Shown here: positions 1-7,193 of the stretch, piece after piece
Numbering within the stretch: position 1 is the first letter of the stretch
How the letters are laid out: every line of letters starts with the position of its first letter
Assembly (NCBI GenBank): GCA_040381075.1
Contig: JBEIHX010000012.1
Location: forward strand, 20,557-84,556
Source: Hyphomonadaceae bacterium
GTDB taxonomy: Bacteria; Pseudomonadota; Alphaproteobacteria; Caulobacterales; Aquidulcibacteraceae
Direction of reading: 5' to 3'
Length of the DNA stretch: 64,000 nt
Notes under the pieces: model-generated
Told to the model about the DNA's origin: nothing
The model's database searches: none
What the model saw: only the letters and a program-made list of their open reading frames with translations
Program-made: the position numbers and the translations under genes

Positions 1-631
1 CTACCGCGCCGCCCGATCCGCCCTCGCCGGTGATCACAGAGACCATTGGTGAGCCAAGCGTCAGGCAACGCTCCGTAGACCGCGCGATTGCTTCCGCCTG
101 ACCGCGCTCCTCGGCCCCGAGTCCAGGATAGGCGCCCGCCGTGTCGACAAAGGCGATGACCGGAAGACGGAATTGTTCCGCCATGTCCATCAGGCGCACC
201 GCCTTGCGATAGCCCTCCGGGTTGGCCATGCCGAAATTGTGCCGCAGCCGCTCGGTGGTGGTTCGCCCCTTCTCATGCCCGATCAGCACGCAGGGTATGC
301 CCTTGAACCGGCCAAGGCCGCCCAGGATCGCCTGGTCATCGGCGTATTTCCGGTCGCCTGAAAGCTCCGTATACTCTGTAACGAGCGCCTCGACGAAATC
401 GCTGAAATGCGGCCGCTCGGGATGGCGCGCCACCATGGTCTTCTGCCACGGATCGAGGTTGGCGTAGATCTCCTCGAGCTGGCTCGCCGCCTTCTCGCGC
501 AGGCGCGCAATCTCATCGCCCATGGCGGGCGCCCCGCTTTTCGCGGCGGCGATGGAGAGTTCGTCGATCTTGGCTTCAAGTTCGGCGATCGGCTTTTCGA
601 ACTCAAGATAGGTGCGGTGCGGCTGGGCCAT
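1..631 (-). CDS. accA: acetyl-CoA carboxylase carboxyltransferase alpha subunit, N-terminal ~210 codons (3' end lies beyond window start)
   Basis: Own reverse translation from ATG 631-629: [25 protein letters not shown]...[17 protein letters not shown]...[29 protein letters not shown]...[27 protein letters not shown]...[11 protein letters not shown] at the window edge. Absent from the ORF track because the frame is open at position 1. Confidence 0.85.
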   Translation of the reverse strand, partial: MAQPHRTYLEFEKPIAELEAKIDELSIAAAKSGAPAMGDEIARLREKAASQLEEIYANLDPWQKTMVARHPERPHFSDFVEALVTEYTELSGDRKYADDQAILGGLGRFKGIPCVLIGHEKGRTTTERLRHNFGMANPEGYRKAVRLMDMAEQFRLPVIAFVDTAGAYPGLGAEERGQAEAIARSTERCLTLGSPMVSVITGEGGSGGAV

Positions 632-795
632 CTGCCTGTCGGCCTTTCCTGCGCGGCGTCTTCCCACGTATAGGCGCCGACCCCGGCCCCGGCAAGCGCG
701 GCGGCAGCGCGGGCCGGGTTTGCCCTCAGCCCTGGGGGGCATGAGCCGGCAGCAGTGGAGACGAAACCCTGGCCGCGACATCAAGGCCCGCAACG

Positions 796-855
796 TCAGG
801 ACCGCCAGAATCAGAACCGCCAGAATCAGAACCGCCAGAATCAGAACCGCCAAAG
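796..855. repeat. tandem repeat, 15-bp unit ACCGCCAGAATCAGA x3 perfect (801-845) plus degenerate flanking copies
   Basis: Read directly: accgccagaatcaga repeated head-to-tail in the accA-dnaX spacer. Confidence 0.9.
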
Positions 856-1005
856 CACGGACAGCCAGGGTCAGGACCGAACCTCCTGGTTCACGGCACA
901 GCTCCAGCCCGGCCAGCGGAGGGCCCGGGACACGGGCTGCTGACGCTGCGACGGGCGTCAACCTGTCGGGCTGAATTCGGGCCGAATATTGGGAGATTTC
1001 CCTAT

Positions 1006-1020
1006 GTTCTTGCTATGTTC
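1006..1020 (+). promoter_or_regulatory. GTTC-N7-GTTC motif (alphaproteobacterial LexA/SOS-box pattern), candidate only
   Basis: tatGTTCttgctatGTTCgac, 96 bp upstream of the dnaX ATG. Also part of inverted repeat GTTCTTG-N10-CAAGAAC (1006-1029). The motif is short and could occur by chance. Confidence 0.3.
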
Positions 1021-1073
1021 GACAAGAACTGGTCTAATTACCGCCGCCGACGCCCCTGACTTTGCGCGCTTGG

Positions 1074-1088
1074 TTAACGCTTCGTTAA
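1074..1088 (+). promoter_or_regulatory. TTAA-N7-TTAA motif (CtrA full-site pattern), candidate
   Basis: ggTTAAcgcttcgTTAAtcc, 28 bp upstream of the dnaX ATG. An AT-rich 8-base specification is rare in this GC-rich sequence, and I saw no second copy in the window. Confidence 0.45.
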
Positions 1089-1115
1089 TCCCTAGAGTGA
1101 TCCCGGGAGCCTCCA

Positions 1116-2879
1116 ATGGCGGACGACACACGCGACCATCCTTTCGATGCGGGGCCAGGCGGGCGGACCGGGGCTGGTCAGGAGCCGGCCGGCCTTGGCG
1201 GCTCGTCCCTGTTCGCCGACGCGCCGGCGCCCGGGAAGGCCTACACCGTTCTCGCCCGCAAGTACCGCCCGACCACGTTTGAGGACCTCGTCGGCCAGGA
1301 GGCGATGGTGCGCACCCTCGCCAACGCGTTCAGGACCGGGCGTATCGCACACGCCTTCATGCTGTCAGGCGTGCGGGGCGTCGGCAAGACAACGACGGCG
1401 CGCCTGCTTGCGCGCGCACTCAACTACCGGCGCGGGGACATCGACCAGCCGACTGTCGACCTGACCCAGCCCGGCGATCACTGCGCCCAGATCATGGAAA
1501 GCCGCCATCCGGACGTCATGGAGATGGACGCGGCGAGCCGCACCGGCATCAATGACATCCGCGAGATCCTCGACGGCGTGCGTTACGCCCCGATCGCCGC
1601 CCGACGCAAGGTGTACATCATCGACGAAGTCCACATGCTCTCCACCGCCGCCTTCAACGGTCTTTTGAAAACGCTTGAGGAGCCGCCAGGGCATGTGACG
1701 TTCATTTTCGCCACCACCGAGATCCGCAAAGTGCCGGTGACCGTGCTGTCACGGTGCCAGCGGTTCGACCTCAAGCGCCTCGAACCGGCTGTGCTGACCG
1801 AGCACCTGGCGAAAATCTGCGCGCTCGAAAAGTGCGACGTCGAGCAGGACGGCCTCAGCCTGATCGCGCGCGCAGCCGAAGGCAGCGTGCGCGATGCGCT
1901 CTCCCTGCTGGACCAGGCCATTGTGCAGAAGCCCGGAGAACAGGTTCTCGCCGCTGACGTTCGCGACATGCTCGGCCTCGCAGATCGCGTGCGCGTCCTT
2001 GACCTGTTCGAGCACGCCCTCGCAGGACGGGTGAAGGAGGCGCTGCTGGAAATCCGCGCGCAGTATGATCATGGCGCCGATCCTGTCGTGGTGGTCCGTG
2101 ATCTGCTTGAACTCGCGCACGAGTCGTCCCGCGCAAAGGCGCTTGGGCGGGCGCCGGGCGGACTTGCGCCGGCTGACGCGGCCCGCCTCGTGGCGATCGG
2201 CGAGACGCAGTCCTACGCGAGCCTGACGCGGCTCTGGCAACTTCTTCTGAAGGGGCATGAGGACACTGCACGCGCCCCCGACCCCATCGCGGCGGCGGAG
2301 ATGACCCTGGTCCGGCTGGCCGCGGCCGCGCAATTGCCGCCGCCGGAGGACGCGCTGAAGCTGCTGCATGGCGCTGCTGGCGCTGTGACTCCGCCGCGCA
2401 GGAGTCAGGCAGCGGGCGGGGAGGCCGGAGGCGTCGCGCGCCGGCCGGAGGCGGAGGTGAACTCCTTCCAGGAGGTCGTTGCGTTGATCCAGAACCAGCG
2501 CGACTTCGATCTCCTGACAGATGTGGAGCGGTATGTGCGCCCCGTCAGCTTTGAGCCCGGCAGGATCGCGTTCGAGCGGGCGCCCAACGGTCCTGATGAC
2601 CTTGCCCAGCGTCTGGCGCGCCGCCTGAAGCAGTGGACAGGCGACGCCTGGCAGGTGGCGGAGACCAAATCCGGCAGTGCGGTGGAGAGCCTGTCGGAAC
2701 GCCGCAGGCGCGAGGAACGCGAGCGGCGGGAGCGGGCCGGCGAACATCCGTTCGTCCAGCGCACGCTGAAGGCGTTTCCCAACGCCGTGGTGCGCGACGT
2801 GCGTGATGAGGGGGCGGCCGTCATTGAAGGCGACTTCGCCAGGGGCGACGGCCCCAGGGGAACTGCGCGCGACGCATAG
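1116..2879 (+). CDS. dnaX: DNA polymerase III subunit gamma/tau
   Basis: 587-aa ORF with clamp-loader AAA+ motifs YRPTTFEDLVGQE, GVRGVGKTTTARLLARALN (Walker A), YIIDEVHML (Walker B), LSRCQRF. GGGAG lies 8 nt upstream of the ATG. Confidence 0.95.
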   Translation: MADDTRDHPFDAGPGGRTGAGQEPAGLGGSSLFADAPAPGKAYTVLARKYRPTTFEDLVGQEAMVRTLANAFRTGRIAHAFMLSGVRGVGKTTTARLLARALNYRRGDIDQPTVDLTQPGDHCAQIMESRHPDVMEMDAASRTGINDIREILDGVRYAPIAARRKVYIIDEVHMLSTAAFNGLLKTLEEPPGHVTFIFATTEIRKVPVTVLSRCQRFDLKRLEPAVLTEHLAKICALEKCDVEQDGLSLIARAAEGSVRDALSLLDQAIVQKPGEQVLAADVRDMLGLADRVRVLDLFEHALAGRVKEALLEIRAQYDHGADPVVVVRDLLELAHESSRAKALGRAPGGLAPADAARLVAIGETQSYASLTRLWQLLLKGHEDTARAPDPIAAAEMTLVRLAAAAQLPPPEDALKLLHGAAGAVTPPRRSQAAGGEAGGVARRPEAEVNSFQEVVALIQNQRDFDLLTDVERYVRPVSFEPGRIAFERAPNGPDDLAQRLARRLKQWTGDAWQVAETKSGSAVESLSERRRREERERRERAGEHPFVQRTLKAFPNAVVRDVRDEGAAVIEGDFARGDGPRGTARDA

Positions 2880-2903
2880 GCGCTACGGGAGCGGCCAGCG
2901 CGC

Positions 2904-2963
2904 GTGAGGCCGGATGCAGGTAAGGCCGGATGCAGGTGAGGCCGGATGCAGGTGAGGCCGGAC
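2904..2963. repeat. tandem repeat, 16-bp unit GTGAGGCCGGATGCAG x3.7
   Basis: Read directly, between the convergent dnaX and ftsY stops. Confidence 0.9.
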
Positions 2964-3008
2964 TTGGTGCGCTGAACTTGTGAGACCCGACCCGTCAGGC
3001 CAGGGGGA

Positions 3009-4025
3009 TCAGGCAGACGTGGATCCTGCGTCGTCCAATCCGGCAAGCGCGCGGGCGAAAGCCTCGGCGTCGAAAGGTTGGAGGTCCTGCGCGCTTTCGC
3101 CGACCCCAATGAAGTGGATCGGCAGGCCGTGCGCCTGCGCGATCGCCACCAGAACGCCGCCCTTCGCCGTGCCGTCCAGCTTCGTCATGACCAGACCGGT
3201 CACCGCTGCAGCATGGCGAAAGGCATCGACCTGGCTGAGCGCATTCTGCCCGACCGTTGCGTCCAGAACCAACAGCACGTGATGCGGCGCGCCGGGGTCG
3301 ATTTTTTTCAGCACCCGAATTATTTTGGCGAGTTCGGCCATCAGTTCGGCCTTGTTCTGAAGCCGACCGGCCGTGTCGATCAGCACCACGTCCGCGTCGT
3401 CGGCCCTGGCCTTCGCCACAGCGTCAAAGGCAAGACCGGCCGGATCCGCGCCTGGGGTGCGCGCCACAAACCCGGCGCCCGATCTGTCCGCCCAGACGCG
3501 CAACTGATCAATCGCCGCCGCGCGGAACGTGTCGCCGGCCGCAATCACCACCTTGCGTCCCGCGCCGGACAGATTGGCCGCAATCTTGCCGATCGTCGTC
3601 GTCTTGCCTGATCCGTTGACGCCGACAAACAGAATGACCTGCGGACGGGGCGGGGCAGACCAGTCGATCGACGCTTCGCGCGGCCGCAGGATGTCTGCCA
3701 CCGCGTCAGCCAGCGCCGACTTGATCTGCGCCTCCGTCACGTCCTTCTCAAAGCGGTCCCTGGCGATCTGCGTGACGATGCGCGCCGCCGCAGGCGCACC
3801 GAGGTCAGCCGCGATCAGCAGCTCCTCCAATTCGTCGAGCGCCGCCTGGTCGAGCCGGCGCTTCGTCAACGCGCCTGTCACACCGTCCGTGATCTTCGCA
3901 GACGACTTGCGCAGACCGTCGAACAGCCGCTGGAACAGTCCAGATCCGCGCGCCGGCTCATCCGTCGCCGGGGTCTGCGCCGCGCCAGCAGCGTCCTTCT
4001 TCCTGTCGCCCCAGCCAAACACCAC
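3009..4025 (-). CDS. ftsY: signal recognition particle receptor FtsY
   Basis: SRP-GTPase NG domain: FVGVNGSGKTTTIGKIA, IDTAGRLQNK, MTKLDGTAKGG. Start trimmed to GTG 4025, preceded by GAGGAAGGAG. The ORF-track ATG at 4208 would overlap mtaB by 170 bp. Confidence 0.9.
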   Translation of the reverse strand: MVFGWGDRKKDAAGAAQTPATDEPARGSGLFQRLFDGLRKSSAKITDGVTGALTKRRLDQAALDELEELLIAADLGAPAAARIVTQIARDRFEKDVTEAQIKSALADAVADILRPREASIDWSAPPRPQVILFVGVNGSGKTTTIGKIAANLSGAGRKVVIAAGDTFRAAAIDQLRVWADRSGAGFVARTPGADPAGLAFDAVAKARADDADVVLIDTAGRLQNKAELMAELAKIIRVLKKIDPGAPHHVLLVLDATVGQNALSQVDAFRHAAAVTGLVMTKLDGTAKGGVLVAIAQAHGLPIHFIGVGESAQDLQPFDAEAFARALAGLDDAGSTSA

Positions 4026-4038
4026 GCGCGCTCCTTCC

Positions 4039-5346
4039 TCAGTCCGCCGCGACCGCGTGCAATCGCACGCCGTCATGACCCGTGACGCGGACGGCGACAA
4101 ACTGACCCGGCTCGCCAGGTGCGCCCGACACCGGCGTGAAGTCCGCCAGACGGCCAAATCCCGGGCGTTCAACAAGGACGCGCCGGGCTGCGCCGACATG
4201 GCCGGCAAGATGGCGTGAAAGCCCGGCGGCGCCCGCCGCCCGCAGCCGGGCTGCGCGCGCCTTCACCTCCGCCGGGGGCACCGGGGGCATGCGTGAGGCC
4301 GGCGCGCCAGGGCGCGGCGAGAAGGGAAACACGTGCAGAAAGGCCAGTCCGGCCTCGTCGACGAAACGCACCGTGTTCTCAAAGGCTTCAGGGGTCTCGG
4401 TCGGAAAGCCTGCGATCAGGTCGGCCCCGAACGCGATGTCGGGCCGGGCCTGGCGCGCCCGCGCGATGAGGTCGAGGGCCTGCGCCCGCGAATGCCGGCG
4501 CTTCATCCGCTTCAGGATCAAATCATCGCCATGCTGCAGCGACAGGTGAAGATAGGGCGCAAGGCGCTCCTCGCGCTCCAGCGCCCGGTAGAGCGCCTCG
4601 TCGAGCTCGGCTGCGTCAATGGATGAGATGCGCAGCTGCCTGAGGTCTGGAACAAGCTTGAGGATGCGGCTCACCAGGTCGCCGAGGCTCGGCTGTCCGG
4701 GCAGATCCTGACCCCAGCTCGTCAGGTCGACCCCCGACAGGACCACCTCCGGCGCCCCCGCCGCCGCCAGCCGACGCACCTGCTCAACCACCTGGCCTGC
4801 CGGTGCGGAGCGCGACGGGCCGCGGCCGTAGGGGATGATGCAGAAGGTGCACCGATGGTCACAACCGTTCTGCACCTCCACATAGGCGCGCGCACGCTCG
4901 GAGAAGCCGTCGATCAGATGGCCCGCCGTCTCGCGCACGCTCATGATGTCGTTCACCGCCACGCGGGCGGCGTCCGGCATGCGCAGGGCCTCGAATGTCG
5001 CGGCGCGCATTTTCTCCGCATTGCCGACGACGTGATCCACCTCAGGCATCGCCGCAAAGGCGTCAGGGTCGATCTGGGCCGCGCATCCTGTCACAACGAT
5101 GCGCGCCGCCGGGTTGGCGCGGCGCGCCCGCCGGATTTCCTGGCGCGCCTGGCGCACGGCCTCATTGGTCACGGCGCAGGTGTTCACGATCACCGCGTCG
5201 CCCAGGCCGGCCGCCGCTGCGAGCGTGCGCATCGCCTCGGATTCATACGCGTTGAGCCGGCACCCAAGGGTGACCACCGACACGCGCGCATCCGCGCGCC
5301 CAGTCGCCCCGCGCGGCGCTGTGGCATCGGTTTCGGGCAGATCCAT
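4039..5346 (-). CDS. mtaB: radical-SAM tRNA methylthiotransferase, MtaB-like (MiaB/RimO family)
   Basis: 435-aa ORF with N-terminal VVTLGCRLNAYESE / VNTCAVTNEA and radical-SAM cluster motif CDHRCTFCIIP. The mtaB-ftsY order is typical of Alphaproteobacteria. Confidence 0.85.
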   Translation of the reverse strand: MDLPETDATAPRGATGRADARVSVVTLGCRLNAYESEAMRTLAAAAGLGDAVIVNTCAVTNEAVRQARQEIRRARRANPAARIVVTGCAAQIDPDAFAAMPEVDHVVGNAEKMRAATFEALRMPDAARVAVNDIMSVRETAGHLIDGFSERARAYVEVQNGCDHRCTFCIIPYGRGPSRSAPAGQVVEQVRRLAAAGAPEVVLSGVDLTSWGQDLPGQPSLGDLVSRILKLVPDLRQLRISSIDAAELDEALYRALEREERLAPYLHLSLQHGDDLILKRMKRRHSRAQALDLIARARQARPDIAFGADLIAGFPTETPEAFENTVRFVDEAGLAFLHVFPFSPRPGAPASRMPPVPPAEVKARAARLRAAGAAGLSRHLAGHVGAARRVLVERPGFGRLADFTPVSGAPGEPGQFVAVRVTGHDGVRLHAVAAD

Positions 5347-5379
5347 GGCTCGGCATAGGTGGGCAAGCGCCGGACGGGG

Positions 5380-5700
5380 TCAAGCGGGGCGCGCGGCGAG
5401 GCGGCGCGCCAGCTCCGGCAGTTTCAGCACGAACCATGTCGCCGGCACGATGTTGCCGAGGAAGAAGGTTGGGACGACCCACAGGACGGCGACAAGCTTG
5501 TTCGGCTCCACCAGGAACACGAGCACCGCCCACAACAGGAAGCCGACATAGAGATCCAGCAGGGTGATCTTGCCCCAGGGCAGTCCGCTGATCGTCTTCA
5601 CCTCATTGGCGAAGTGCCCGCCGCCCCAGGCCCAGACGATGCCGGCGATGAGGGCAAGCCCCAGTCCGGCGCAAAACAAGCGTACAAGCGTCATGGTCAT
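5380..5700 (-). CDS. small integral membrane protein (DUF1475-like)
   Basis: 106 aa, 3-4 hydrophobic helices, [17 protein letters not shown] motif resembling DUF1475. High GC3 codon pattern. Confidence 0.6.
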   Translation of the reverse strand: MTMTLVRLFCAGLGLALIAGIVWAWGGGHFANEVKTISGLPWGKITLLDLYVGFLLWAVLVFLVEPNKLVAVLWVVPTFFLGNIVPATWFVLKLPELARRLAARPA

Positions 5701-5750
5701 CTCCTCTTTCCCAAGATAGGCCGGCCGCCGCCGCGGTCGACCGGCCCGGC

Positions 5751-5786
5751 CGTCAGGCGGGCGGTCAGGCGGGCGGTCAGGCAGGC
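5751..5786. repeat. tandem repeat, 12-bp unit GTCAGGCGGGCG x3
   Basis: Read directly in the spacer upstream of sucD. Confidence 0.85.
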
Positions 5787-5943
5787 GCGCCAGACCCGCC
5801 AGCGGCGCCCGACCGCCGGGCGCCAGGGCCGGACGGCCAGCCTTCAGGGGCCGTCCGCCACTTTCAATGGTTTGCAGCGCGCGACGGCTGCGCTATGGGG
5901 TCGCCTGCTTCGTCCACACGCGACGCCGGGGGCCTCGTTTCGC

Positions 5944-6828
5944 ATGTCCATTCTCGTCGACAAAGACACCAAGGTTCTCACCCAGGGTTTCACTGGCAAG
6001 ACCGGCACCTTTCACAGCCAGGCCGCCATCGATTACGGCACCCGCATGGTCGGAGGCGTCAGCCCGGGCAAGGGCGGCTCGAGCCATCTCGGCCTGCCCG
6101 TGTTCAATTCGGTGGCGGAGGCCAAGGCGAAGGTCGGCGCCGACGCCACCGTGATCTATGTGCCGCCGCCCGGCGCCGCCGCCGCGATCGAGGAGGCGAT
6201 CGATGCAGAGATCCCGCTGATCGTGACAATCACCGAAGGCATTCCCGTGCTGGACATGGTGCGGGTCAAACGCAGGCTGCAGGGATCCAGGTCGCGCCTC
6301 ATCGGGCCCAACTGCCCTGGGTTGCTCACCCCTGGCGAGTGCAAGATCGGGATCATGCCGGGCAACATCTTTTCCAAGGGTCGGATCGGCATCGTCTCGC
6401 GCTCAGGCACGCTGACCTATGAAGCCGTTTTCCAGACGACCAATGTCGGCCTGGGTCAGTCTACGGCCGTCGGCATCGGCGGCGATCCGGTCAAGGGCGC
6501 GGAGTTCATCGACATCCTCGAGCTGTTCCTGGCGGATCCTGAAACCGACGCCATCATTATGATCGGCGAGATCGGGGGATCAGCCGAAGAGGACGCTGCG
6601 CAGTTCATCGCCGACGAGGCGCGCAAGGGCCGCAGGAAGCCGATGGCCGGTTTCATCGCCGGGCGCACGGCGCCGCCGGGGCGGCGCATGGGCCACGCCG
6701 GGGCGATCATCTCCGGCGGCTCGGGCGGGGCGGACAGCAAAATCGAGGCTATGCGCAGCGCCGGTATGGTGATCGCGCCGAACCCCGCCGCCATGGGCCA
6801 GGCCATCCTGGAAGCCATCAAGGCCTGA
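5944..6828 (+). CDS. sucD: succinyl-CoA synthetase alpha subunit
   Basis: [26 protein letters not shown]..., [19 protein letters not shown] (active-site His). The ORF track extends the frame to 5359, but the conserved N-terminus starts at ATG 5944. Confidence 0.95.
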   Translation: MSILVDKDTKVLTQGFTGKTGTFHSQAAIDYGTRMVGGVSPGKGGSSHLGLPVFNSVAEAKAKVGADATVIYVPPPGAAAAIEEAIDAEIPLIVTITEGIPVLDMVRVKRRLQGSRSRLIGPNCPGLLTPGECKIGIMPGNIFSKGRIGIVSRSGTLTYEAVFQTTNVGLGQSTAVGIGGDPVKGAEFIDILELFLADPETDAIIMIGEIGGSAEEDAAQFIADEARKGRRKPMAGFIAGRTAPPGRRMGHAGAIISGGSGGADSKIEAMRSAGMVIAPNPAAMGQAILEAIKA

Positions 6829-6920
6829 CGTCGCCGGCACGGCGGCGCTGCGGTCTGCGGTGCGCCGGGCTGGGGCCTGACGCCCTGTCGCGCGCGGGCC
6901 GGCCCGCCTGTCAGGCTTCC

Positions 6921-6974
6921 CCGGCAGGCGTGTCCCGGCAGGCATGTCCTGGCAGGCATGTCCCGGCAGGCGGG
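6921..6974. repeat. tandem repeat, 14-bp unit CCGGCAGGCATGTC x~4
   Basis: Read directly in the sucD-sucA spacer. Confidence 0.85.
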
Positions 6975-7013
6975 AGGCCAGGATGGCCGGGTGCGCCGTC
7001 CATTTGGTCCCGG

Positions 7014-7096
7014 CCTCCCGGCTCAGAGGCCTCCCGGCTTAGAGGGCTCCCGGCTCCCCGGCTGGCGGCTCCCCGGCTGGCGGCTCCCCGGCTCAG
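7014..7096. repeat. two abutting tandem arrays: 16-bp CCTCCCGGCTYAGAGG x2.5 (7014-7054) and 15-bp TCCCCGGCTGGCGGC x2.8 (7055-7096)
   Basis: Read directly. The two arrays share the core TCCCGGCT. Confidence 0.85.
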
Positions 7097-7193
7097 GGCC
7101 CGCTGACGACGCGACGCAAAAGGCCTTCAAACTTCCTCCGACACATCTTAGAAGACATGCGAGCGCCCCATGGCGGCGTGAAATTCTGCAATT

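Noticed and set aside
632-1115. SRP (4.5S) RNA gene, often found upstream of dnaX
   Set aside because: I looked on both strands for the conserved GGUCCGGAAGGAAGCAGCC-type helix-8 motif and did not find it. The region contains only a 15-bp array and the two candidate motifs.
1116-2879. Programmed -1 frameshift site in dnaX (A AAA AAG type)
   Set aside because: No A-rich slippery heptamer is visible anywhere in the gene. A gamma form, if made, must arise another way.
4026-4208. Longer FtsY N-terminus starting at ATG 4208
   Set aside because: It would overlap the mtaB 3' end by 170 bp and adds non-conserved Arg/Ser-rich sequence. GTG 4025 has a strong GAGGAAGGAG ribosome-binding site.
5359-5943. 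195-codon N-terminal extension of the sucD ORF in the track
   Set aside because: The conserved SucD N-terminus ([11 protein letters not shown]) starts at 5944. The extension overlaps the DUF1475-like gene on the other strand and includes a tandem array.
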